Source of the DNA: Vitrella brassicaformis CCMP3155
Taxonomy: Eukaryota; Protista; Chromerida
Assembly (NCBI GenBank): GCA_001179505.1
Contig: CDMY01000748.1
Location: 1-64,000, forward strand
Direction: 5' to 3'
DNA: 64,000 bases
This document shows, in pieces, positions 36,750-47,560 of this stretch. The notes beneath the pieces are model-generated. The model did not search any database. It was not told the origin of the DNA and saw only the letters and a list, made by a program, of their open reading frames with translations. The stretch's first letter is position 1. Each line of letters begins with the position of its first letter. A program made the position numbers and the translations under genes.

Positions 36750-39226
36750 TCAGTAGGGCGATGCCCTGGATGCACCGGGCTCGGTTTTCACAAGTACAGC
36801 ACGATACTCATACTCGTGTGGCATGTCCCTAGCTGCTCTGTGTGTGTGCGCGTACGGGGAGGGCGAGATGCTCTGGGACGACATCGGCTGCTGCTGCTGC
36901 TGGTACTCCACCTGCTGCTGGGCGTAGGACGGCATCATGGCGGCCGCCGCCTGATAGTACTGCTGCTGCTGCTGATGGCCAGTGAATCGAATATCTACGC
37001 CGCCGCCCTCCACACCATAAGCTGACACATACAGACAGACAGACAGACAGACAGACAACAGAGGACACACATGAAGGTCTGCACATCATCCCATTCCCTC
37101 TCCCCTTCCCTCTTCTTACCAGCAAAAGCGGACGCCATCGGCACCGCCTGTGTCTGTGGCTGCACCATGGCCCCTCCACCCACCCCGCCCCCCTGTGGCT
37201 GAGCCGCATACACCACACCCACACCGCCACCACCCACACCCACACTCGTGTAGCCATGCGGCTGCTGAGCAAGAGAATGAGAGCGCGGCTGCGGCTGCAC
37301 CGCTTGGGGCGGCGGTGGGGCGCCGGCCTCGCCCGACGAGCGCGCATACGTGTAGGCCGCCTGGCCGTATGGATGCGACTGCATGACGGCCGCTGCTGGT
37401 GCTGGTGCTGCGGTGGCGTATGGGTACGGTGTGGACGGGGGTGGAGCGCCGTAAGCGGCCACTTGTGTGACGGCCGATGGGGTGGCGTATGGCGGGGTGG
37501 AGGTGCCGTAGGCGTGCACCTGTTGTGCTGCTGCTGTTGCTGCCGCTGCTGCGTATTGCGTGTGCTGCGAGGGGAGGGTGTACTGGACAGGGACGGACGC
37601 CTGGGCGGTGGCCTGATGGGTGGTCTGGGAGGGGTAGGNNNNNNNNNNNNNNNNNNNNNNNNNNNNNNNNNNNNNNNNNNNNNNNNNNNNNNNNNNNNNN
37701 NNNNNNNNNNNNNNNNNNNNNNNNNNNNNNNNNNNNNNNNNNNNNNNNNNNNNNNNNNNNNNNNNNNNNNNNNNNNNNNNNNNNNNNNNNNNNNNNNNNN
37801 NNNNNNNNNNNNNNNNNNNNNNNNNNNNNNNNNNNNNNNNNNNNNNNNNNNNNNNNNNNNNNNNNNNNNNNNNNNNNNNNNNNNNNNNNNNNNNNNNNNN
37901 NNNNNNNNNNNNNNNNNNNNNNNNNNNNNNNNNNNNNNGGGGGGATTATGTGTCAGTCAGTTGTCACGCTGCCATTGTGTGCGTACTGGCGGTGCCGGGC
38001 GTCCTGCCCTTGGTCTTCCACTCCTTCTGCAGCTCCTTGGGTGTGGCCTTCTTGACCTCCACCCACTTGTTCTTGAACTTGTGGTACGTGTTGTGCGCAA
38101 CCACCGCATCCGCACCCTCAGGACTCGCAAAGGTAATGAAACCGAACCTGACCGACCAGAGCAAAGCAGACAGACATACAGGGGGTGGATGGAGCGCTCC
38201 GTGTCCGTTCGGGTGTCATTCGCTCACCCCCTCGGCTTTTGTGTGTCCCTGTCCTTCATGAGCACGGCATCGACCACCTTGCCAAAGTTCTCAAAGTAAG
38301 AGCGGAACTCATCTGTGACACAACGCACACACACACGCACACACACACACACAGAGGACACACTGAGGCGTGCGTCAGACTCCGCGCATCGGGGTGTGTG
38401 TGTGTGTGTGTGTGAGGGTGCGTACCTTCTGTGAGGTCCGGCAGCCCGCCCACGAATATCTTTTCAGTCCTGAACGATTGAGGGACGTCAACCTGAACGG
38501 ACGGACACACGACAGAAACGACACGTGGGATATGCCGGAGGTCAGTCTGTCATCCTGTGTGCCTCCCTGACGTTGTGCGAAGGCTTCGACGTCGACACGG
38601 AGGTCGTCCCCGGCAGCGCATTGCGGGGGGCTGCACGCTTCACGTCAACCTGTACCCAGACACACACACACACGCGGCCGGTGCCTCTCTGCGTGTGCGT
38701 GAGTGTGTGTGTGTGTGTGTGACTGTGTACCTCCTTGCTGTCGAGCTGGTGTTTCCTTTCCCGAAGACACCGCTCCATGCTCGGCTCGTCTGCGTAGGTC
38801 ACGAAGCCGAAACCACGGCTGCGACCTGCACACGCACACGTACAATGTGTGTTGTGCGTATTTGTGTGGACGGGCGTTAACTGAGAGTGTGTGTCTGTGT
38901 CACCTGTCGAGCTGTCGTACATCACGATGGCATCGGCCAGAGGGCCGAACCGACTGAAGTACTCGTGAAGCGTCTCTGAGGCAACACACACACACACACA
39001 CACACAGTACACAGTACACAGTTCGCACGCCCAGCCAGCACTTCACAAGCAAGCTCCTCTGATCTTTGTCTTTGCTCAACCGTGACAAGCTCATCGACAC
39101 GAGCGCTCCCCCGCCCCCCGTGTGCGAGTGTCCCCTCCTTTGTCCCTCACCCTTGGTCGTCTCCTGGGACAGCCCTCCGATGAACAGCTTGAGACCGTCG
39201 TACACGCCGCCGCCATCAAACGACAT
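36750..39226 (-). CDS. Two-RRM Musashi/hnRNP A-DAZAP1-like RNA-binding protein with a Tyr/Ala/Gln/Pro low-complexity tail
   Basis: KLFIGGLSQETTKETLHEYFSRFG..GRSRGFGFVTY..EVDVKRA; KIFVGGLP..GFITF..KWVEVKKATPK; the gene spans the 37639-37938 gap. Confidence 0.88.
37639..37938. other. Assembly gap (300 N)
   Basis: N run flanked by G-rich sequence. Confidence 0.99.
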
Positions 39227-39451
39227 TCCAACGCAGCGCACACAAGGACACCGTCTCTCGGGAGGCGACGCAACGCCTTACGGGCACCCTTGAGGCAGAA
39301 ATGGACGGGCGGCGACGACCCAGAGATATGCGCGTCTGAGCGCCAGGTGGCGATCTCCTTGAAAAATGGTCGAGAAATGGTGTGAGAACACCTCTGTAGC
39401 TTCTCCAGAAGAGAAAATTCAGGTCGAAAGGAGAACGCAGGCCAACCTCCG

Positions 39452-39463
39452 AGCTAAGCTCGC
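39452..39463 (+). promoter_or_regulatory. AGCTAAGCTCGC motif in the RRM / WD40 divergent spacer
   Basis: Identical 12-mer at 55413-55424 and (reverse) 17848-17859; followed by tandem GCCCCCACTT. Confidence 0.5.
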
Positions 39464-39514
39464 GTCGTGGCCCCCACTTTGCCCCCACTTCGCCCCGCTC
39501 CAGTCGTTTCGGCA

Positions 39515-41201
39515 ATGGGGAATCTCACTAGCAGTGCCCTGGGTACGTGTTTCGACACCGACGTCAATAGGACATACAAGAGCGGGCAGCTCGGCTTCCT
39601 GCAGACGACGAGGAAATCGCAGAGGGGCGTGTCCAGGGAGATTGCACGGGTGGGTAGGTCTGCACCATGTGAAGAGGCATGCAGCCACCTCATATCAGAC
39701 GGACGCTGGTTCTGTTTCGTGCGTGTGTTCGCTTTGCTCTCGCAGGTCGGCGACCATGCCGACAGCACGGACGCGTGGGGTCTGCAGATGGCGTGTGACG
39801 CCGCTCACGACGACTACGTGAGGTGCCTGGCTGTGCTGCCCAGAAGCAACCTCATTGTGAGCGGCGGTGGGGACTCTGTCATCCGTGTTTGGAGTGCGGA
39901 GACGGGCAGGCTGCTGAGGGAGGTGGAGAATGATTCGCTGAGGGTCTTTCTGGTCAGGGAGGACCACAATGAGCTGCTGGCGGGCGCCAGGGACGGCAGG
40001 TGACTGTGTGCATGAGGTGAGTGGTGTTCATGCGATCTGTATGCGTGTTCGTTTTGTCGTACACAGCATCACCGTGTACGACACCAAATCGTGGAAGGTC
40101 AAGACCGCCTTCATGGACGACTCAGGCAGCGTCTTCGCCCTTGCCGAACACCACTACACACTCATCAGGTAGCCACCCCAAGAACGCTTCCAAATATTCT
40201 CTATATCCTTGCACCTGTGGTGTCTCAGCGGCTCAGACCACATCGCCATCTGGACCAACCCTGAGTGGCGGCCGGCGACTGACCCTACACCCGGACACAC
40301 TGGCATGATGGAGGGGCGGCCCAGCATGGGCCGTGAGGTGATCAGGGGGCAGAGGGGGGCGCCGTTGCCGTGGGGAGGGGTATGGAGGGCATCGCACGTC
40401 ATCGACGAGGCGTCGCGGTCACTCATGGTGCATGACGGCAAGCTGTATGTCGGGGCTATCGATCGGGCTCTCAAGGTGGCCTCCACAGGGATGGTTGGAG
40501 TGCGTGTGTAACAAGACACTTCGTTTTCCGTCGTGTGTCGTTGTGTGCAGGTGTATGACTTGAAGACGCTCGAGTGCATCGAGACACTTGTCCATCACGA
40601 GCGGTGCATTTGGTCGATGCTCGTCGTGAACCAGTTCCTGGTCACCGGCAGGTAGGCGACACCCAGCAAGCAGCCTTGACACAGCAGCACTACTGACGAT
40701 TCTCTCTCTTGTTGGTTCAGCGCGGATTTCACCCTGGGTGTGTGGCGGTTTGCTAAGGAGGACGGCGAGCCTGCGTTGCAGTTAGTGGCCAGCCTGGGCG
40801 ACCACAGCGGATGGATTGTGCAGCTGCTCTCATACGGCAACAAACTCGTCACGGCATGCCTGTACGTCACCAAGAGGACAACGCATGGATGTTTGCAACG
40901 ACGAGTGCTGTCCTCTCGACGTTGCTTTCCATGCAGTGATGGGTTTGTGCGTGTGTGGGACACGCACGGCGACCCAGTGGACTGGCGACGCGTCAAGGTC
41001 ATCGAAGTCAGCGAGAACGAAGAGAACGAGGTGGGGACTCATAAGAGAAGAAAGGAGTGTCCGGCAGTGAGTGTCGCTGTCCGTCTTCAGGTGTACTCTG
41101 TGGCTGCGATTGACAACAAGCTGGTCACCGCCAGCTCAGACGGGGCCATCCACGTCTACTTTGATGCACGGCAGCAGCACGAGCAGAGACAGAGCCAGTG
41201 A
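39515..41201 (+). CDS. WD40-repeat protein, probable N-myristoylation
   Basis: MGNLTSS start (G2, S6); repeats HDDYVRCLAV..IVSGGGDSVIRVWS, HERCIWSMLV..VTGSADFTLGVWR, HSGWIVQLL..VTACSDGFVRVWD. Confidence 0.88.
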
Positions 41202-41336
41202 TCCAATCGACATCCGCCTCTACGTGGCTTGCAAGGCGCGGTCTGACTCTGCGCGTCGCCCTCTGGCTCATTGCTTTTACGATTCAGTGTTAATCAAGTT
41301 GATGTCTCTCAATCGTTCAGTCAGTGCCGTTCAATC

Positions 41337-44300
41337 TCAGTGTATCTTTGTCTTGATCTGTGTCTCCATCTCCGCCAGCCTCTTGTCCATCTGTGTCAGT
41401 CGCTCCTCCAAGCGTCCGTCCATCGCCTGCAAGACTGAAATACGGGCCCGCACAGACACAGCGAGACACAGTGCTGCGTGGTTTTTCTGCATGCCTCAGC
41501 TTCGCCTCACCCGCCATGATGTCAGGAGAGGTCGCGTTATGGGAATTCGCTGCCCTGATCCATCCATCGATGACCTCCGTCGATACGTCCAACGTCGGGA
41601 CTCTAGCAGCTCGGTGACGCCGGCGCGCAGCTTCCGCAGCTTGCGAACCACCGGACTGACCTTTCGAAGCTTCCTGGCAGGCCTGAGTCAGACAGCAGAG
41701 TGGATTGCTTAGGTTTTGATCTCTCCCCTTCCCTACTTGGATTGCAAACACTATGAAGAAGAAGAGTACGCCAAATGGGAATAGAGTGACGAGCATGACG
41801 GTGTTCCACAGACGCTTCAAGAGCGAGTCTGCTGGCTGGGAGAGGCAGGGGTAGTAGCAACCGGTACCACTATCAGTCGAAGCTCCAGCATTCAGCACAT
41901 ATTCCTTGTCAAGGAGCACGTGTAGCAGCCGTTCGGGAGCTGAGAGGATCCAATCGGGTGTGAATGCCACGGTGAAGAGGAGCGCATCGATGAGGGCATA
42001 CAGAACCACCATGGACCAAAAGGCAATGCGGCAGACTGTCGACTGCTCACGCCGTTCTCTGCTTATGAGAGAGGCCAGATATCGCAAGGGGGCCGATACA
42101 ACGAAAGCTGCATAGTCCATGGTGCCATGAGCGTGCCGAGCATTTTGAATCGCATTCTCATTCTTATATATTGGTGAACTGACCGACGAGGTTGAATGGC
42201 GGCGGCAGCCGCTCGTGGAGCGGCATTGTGAGGTATTCATTCAACACGCGAATGCGCAGCAGCCTGGACAAAGCCATAAAGCCTCTGCCAGTCTCATCAC
42301 CGCCTGGTCGTCTTGTTTCGCTTACTGGTACTGCGCGTTCTGTGTCTCCTCGATCGCTGAATACGTTGATGCCTGACACACACACAGAGACATTCGATCG
42401 AAACAATCCGGTGGCACAATCAATTTGTATGGCGTGCGTCTCACCATGATGGCGATGAGCAGGTTGAGCTATTGATGCAAGGACAAAAGATAAGGAATGG
42501 GGGCCTTGTATGTGCAGAGTAGTATGGCAGAGGCTCACGAGTATGATGGACGAGAGGATGATGTAGGTGAACAGCAGCACAGCGCCCAGCGTGTCGTGGG
42601 TCTCTATGGCGTTGTTCAACGGGCCGTCGAAATTTCCCAGGCCGGCGTAGAAACTGCACAACGCAAAGACGCGACATGACCACCGTCGAGTGCGTATCCT
42701 CATGACCCCCCATACAGTGTGAGCATGGCTTTGTCGTAGGAGGCGAAGTAGTCACGGTCTTCGTCGGACGAGAGGATGGTGAAGACGCCCGCGAAGATCA
42801 GCAGGATGTAGGGGTACAGCAGCAGAAACATCCGGATGTCAGACAGCATCCTCACCACAGCTCTGACAGGTCAACAGGAGAGACACAGTGACATAGACAC
42901 GATAGACTCTCTGTGTCTGTGCTCACAGGATGAGCGGTCCGACGGTTGGATGCAGACTGGCCGTTTGTAAGAGGCGCAGGGCAAACAAGGGGCGATCACT
43001 ATTGCTGAGCCGACCTCAGCTTCCGCCCCCAGCCGATGAAGTAAATGGCGATGAAAGCGGCGATAGACGCGCCACTCGCGCAATCAAGCCAGTTCCTGCA
43101 TGCTCGCGGCGAGAGCATTGGCAGATAGAGCCCAAAGGTGTGATGGCGGTCATCTGGTGCGTACCAAGAGTCTTTCCAGTACGATCCTCCCAGGCGGAAG
43201 GCCTATCCCGTGCACAAATAGAAGCTGATCCAGATCTGTTTTTTGGAAGTCTCGGTTTACCTGGAAAATCTCGAGTAGAATAAATCCAGATCCAGTGGCC
43301 AGCACAATCCACAGCCACACGGACTTGTCCACTGCCGCGATCGTCATGCCGCTGTCTCCTTTGATGCTCTTGGTGTAGAGTAGCACAGAGAAGATCCTAC
43401 AGACAAGACAATGGCGCGTCTCTCCTGGCCTGCAGTGGCTTGTGCGTGCACTCTTACAGAAGGAGCATTGAAAACACGCGGCTGAAGAAGGAACTCCGAG
43501 GTGAGAACTCCGTCCCGAGAAGCTTCATCATCGTCAGAGGCTCCTTTGCTTCCAGTGGAAGAAAGCTTTCATAGATCCGCTGCCAGTGGTGTGTGACGAG
43601 AGACACGCAGTTTGCTGTCTCAACAGCACAAAAAGGGAGCACATGAAGTAAGAGCCGAACGGAGAAAAATAGCCCCATTTGTACCTTGGGTGACCACTGT
43701 CAGCGGCTCGGCGGACTCCAGCAGCTTGATGAACTTCTCCTCGCTGCCCTTGAGTGAGTCGCGAAATTCTTTTTCTCCTGTTCCCGTGCAAAAGCCCGTT
43801 ACGAATGCCTGAACCAATGCGGAAGTGCAAAACGAACACTGAGTGACGTTCGAAGCTGTACCTCGGACCAGCCAGCCGTCCCCTCAAGGTCGTCGGTGAG
43901 GGAGTCTTTGGGTCGTGACTGCATCAGGTGACGGAAGACGGAACAAGACTGAAGACTGTCGAGGCCGGGTGACGCAACGCGCTTCCTCAAGAACGCCTTC
44001 ATTGCAGGCACGACCTCCTGCAGGACCTCAGGCTTCACCACTCGATCGACCTTTTCGCCACTCGTCCCCAGCAGTTTCAGGGTCACCTCTCCAGCCACAC
44101 CAACCATCACAGCGACGACTTTGGGCTTGTCAAGGACAAGATCGAGAGGAGGCTTTCCATCCTGTCAGAATCACGAGCAGGGACGACTTTGATACGAAGT
44201 CTGATGCGTGTGGTGCAGCTTACATTGTTCTTGATCTTCAGCAGGTCTGGCTTCACCTTCAATACCAATCCCACCGCTTCAGCACGGCCATCCCCTGCAG

Positions 44301-46410
44301 GAGAGCACAAAGCGACACGTTGAAGCCTCACGGTGGCTGAGTGCACAAAGAGGCTGACGTGCTGCGTGATGAAGAAGCGTCCAACCATCCTGAATGAGAT
44401 CATGGAAGAGACACTGGGTGGTTCATGCGCCATTTGAGAAGTCTTCACTCTTACCTTGTCCTGGCTTTCGAGGGCATCCATATTGCCGCTTGACTTGAGA
44501 ATCTCTATGACCATGTCGCCGGCCGCGTCAAGCACCGCAGCCATGACTTTCGGCTCCGTGTTCTCGAAGAAGGCAACATCAATAGGCGTCTTTCCGGCCT
44601 GTACACACAGTCATGAGCAGGGACACTGTGACAGAGAATTGTTGCCCTGTCGCTTACGTTATCCTCCTTCTCGAGGAGGTCTGGCTGCATCCTCAGTATC
44701 AAATTCACCATCTTAACATTCCTCTGCCCTGCAGGAGAGCGCAAAAGAGGCGCTGAGAAGTGCTGCACTTGTGGCATTATCTATCTGCAGGACTGCAAAA
44801 ATGACTGACGTGCCGCAAAATGAAGAGGATTGCGTCCGTCCTGAATACGGGTGAGGAAGACACTGGCTGTGTCATGTACGGTTGAGAGGTTTTGATCGGG
44901 TAAAGTGTATCTTTTACCTTGGCCACAGCTTTCAGCAGCTCCTTTCCTCCCAAGTCGATGAGTTTCTCCACAGTATCACCGAGGTTATTCTCTGCTGCCG
45001 AATGAAGAGGCGTGTAGCCCCTCTGAATCAGAGCATGAAAGAGACACATGCTGTTCAATGCATCAGTCGACATTCCCTCGTCCTTACGTTGTCCCGAGCT
45101 TCCAGCAGCTCCTTTCCGCCCCTCTCGACAAACTTCTCCACAACACCAACTGACCCGTGCTTCGCTGCAAAATGAAGAGGCGTGTTGCCATACTACAGAC
45201 ACAACATGAAAATAGGAAAGAAGGCATTGGTCGGTTGATACGCGATATATACCTCATCAGTGGCATCCAACAAATCAGGGACGATCTCCAGCATCGTCTC
45301 CAACATACTTGCACTGCCGGATGCTGCCGCACGGCAACACGAGTCCTTACAGGAGCCGCACAGTCAATACACCCTACCTGCTGCCTACCTGCTGCAAAGT
45401 GCAAAGGGGTGCGACCATCCTGTCAGACGGACAACGATGCCACGCGTCACCCATTGGCAATTCATTGCCATCTTCACCTTGGTCTGAGCTTTCAGCAAGT
45501 CCTTCCCGCCCCACTGGATGAAGTTCTCAACAAGATGAGCTCCACCGCCTTTCTCCGCAACGCAATGGAGTGGTGTTCTGCCGTACTGTAGACACCGCAA
45601 GGAGGCAGCAGTGACGACGCGAGTCGGCGAACGAGGAGACTGAGCGTAATTGTCCAGCGTCTCCCTGATCCTTTCTCACCCTCACCGTGTCCTGAGCTTG
45701 CAGCAGGTCCTTTCTGCCCCACTCGATGAAGTTCTCAACAAGATGAGTTCCGCCGCCTTTCTCCACGACAACGTGAAGTGGCGTCTTGCTCCCTTCGCGC
45801 TGGATACACAGCAGGAGGATCCGCATGAAAGGAGAAGCGATGAGTCGGGCAGTCATGATTTCCTCTTCAGATGACGATGACCCTCGACCATGATACCTCA
45901 TTTCTCAGTTTGAGCAGGTGACGCCGGTTGTGCAGCAGGACCTCGAAGACCTCTACTGTTGTCGGCGTGTATTTGTCCACACTGTTATCTGGAAAGCACA
46001 CACGAACTTTGTGACTCCACATGTACATGGCGTGAGACGATGCATACGCGCAGCCAGGTGGATGGCAGATCTCCAAGACTGAGAGAGAGTTGAATGCTCC
46101 CAGTAACCAGTCGTCAGTATTCTCTCCGCTTGACCAGTCGGCAGACTGGCAAGATCCTTCCGCAACTGTTCCAGCTCTGCTGTGTTTGCGAGGCCCAAGG
46201 CTGCTGTTCTGACCCTGCGTCTGAGCGTTTTGGTCGCTTCGTCTTCCTCGACGGCAGGGGCACCCACCAGGGGGACCTGCGGATGAAGAGACACAAATGA
46301 CAGCACTCATGAGTTGCTCGACAAAGTGAACAAGGAAGCGGATGGACCTCTTCGAGGCGTCTCGGTGCCGGAGGGAGCTCATCCTTGACATCAGCCAGCT
46401 GCATCTTCAT
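41337..46410 (-). pseudogene. Ankyrin-repeat TRP-like cation channel with two apparent -1 frameshifts (pseudogene or assembly error); 5' end approximate
   Basis: About 8 ankyrin exons (GRTPLHCVAE, GNTPLHFAAK, GYTPLHSAAE, DGRNPLHFAA..); TM region SYWKDSWNWLD, GPLILAVVRMLSDIRMF, pore TLFYAGLGNFD, S6 ILLNLLIAIM. The frame breaks at runs 43026-43030 and 42989-42992. Confidence 0.75.
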
Positions 46411-46812
46411 CAGCCCCTCTTCCCCTGGATGGCTGGGCTCCAGAAGCGGTATCTGGTCACTCGAGGCCGACGCCGCCCGACGATACGCCGCCGTCATCTG
46501 CAATGCCACCGGCGTGAACAATTACAATGGCATTGCAGGCTGACCTCCATGTTGCCTGTCTCTCCGTGATTGATGGGACTCAGCGCAATGGCGTCATCAT
46601 CCTCTGAACACGGCAGCTGAGTGTAGCACCAATCACGAACAAGGCCCGGGGAGGGTGGCTGTCTCCTGGCGTCTCTCGAGCTGTTGTGCTCACGGCCCTG
46701 AACACGTGGGCCGTGCTCACGAGCGCTCCCTGGCCACAACTCCAACATTCTCCCCACGCTCCCCCCTGCACCTCAACCGGGAGACGCCAACAGCCCCCAG
46801 ACCCCCATGTTT

Positions 46813-46820
46813 AGCTCGCA
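46813..46820 (+). promoter_or_regulatory. AGCTCGCA motif immediately upstream of the ATG at 46823
   Basis: Exact motif in the TRP / J-like divergent spacer. Confidence 0.4.
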
Positions 46821-46822
46821 GG

Positions 46823-47560
46823 ATGCCGTCTTGCGAGGAGTCCAGTGCCAACGATGTGGGGTGCGACGACTGCACGTCCATTGTGCCTGCCACGAGCGCC
46901 AAACGGTCTCTGTCTGACGGCGGCCAAGACCGGCGACAGATCGAGAAGGCCTACGAGGTGCTCGGCCTTCAGCCGGGGAGGAGCAGAGAAGTCGTGGAGA
47001 GAAGATTCAAAGCCCTGACTAAGGGATCTCAATCAGTCCTAGCCAGCTTCTTACAGGGTCTCTTCTTCGGTGTTTGTCAGTCCGCCTGCACAACCCGGAA
47101 CGGGGGGAAGAATTGTAAGCAATGGGGCCCGGCAAGGACGCTTCAAACAGTGCCTGTTATGTGTGCCTGGCAATGCGGCTTCAAACAGTGCTGATTATGT
47201 GTGCAGGGATCGCTATGTGGAGATCACCACATCGGTTGGTGTGCTCCGCTCCCTCTTCGCGTCGGTCTACTCCATCGGCAACTCGTACCGCAACTGGGAC
47301 AAAATTCCACCTGGTGGGCACCACTTACAGAGGCAGCAATGTGGTGTCTCTGCACACACGAGAGGTGCACGGATGTCTCGCATGTCATTTCAGGCTGGTA
47401 TGAGACGGCCTGCCAAGAGATTTATTATCACGAAGGTGAGACACAAAGTCACTCCGAGAGAAAAGGGACAAAGGGCGTGTGCTAACTGGCCCGATTTGCC
47501 GTGTTCAGGCGGCCCTCTGCCTTCGCCACCGATAAGGCCGTGCGTGAGTATAAGTGACGA
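46823..47560 (+). CDS. Small J-domain-like protein (HPD degenerate), possibly a remnant; 3' end unresolved
   Basis: KAYEVLGLQPGRSREVVERRFKAL..VRLHNPERGEE|LDRYVEITTSVGVLR follows J-domain helix spacing; the first donor site is non-canonical. Confidence 0.4.

Noticed and set aside
28847-37938. ORF-track entries containing long X runs
   Set aside because: Artefacts of translating 300-N assembly gaps.
42995-43012. A 16-nt GT..AG segment (GTCGGCTCAGCAATAG, minus strand) whose removal would restore the TRP reading frame
   Set aside because: All other introns here are about 50 nt or longer, and removal would delete residues (EVGSAIV) that read as part of a TM helix; two 1-nt deletions are more parsimonious.
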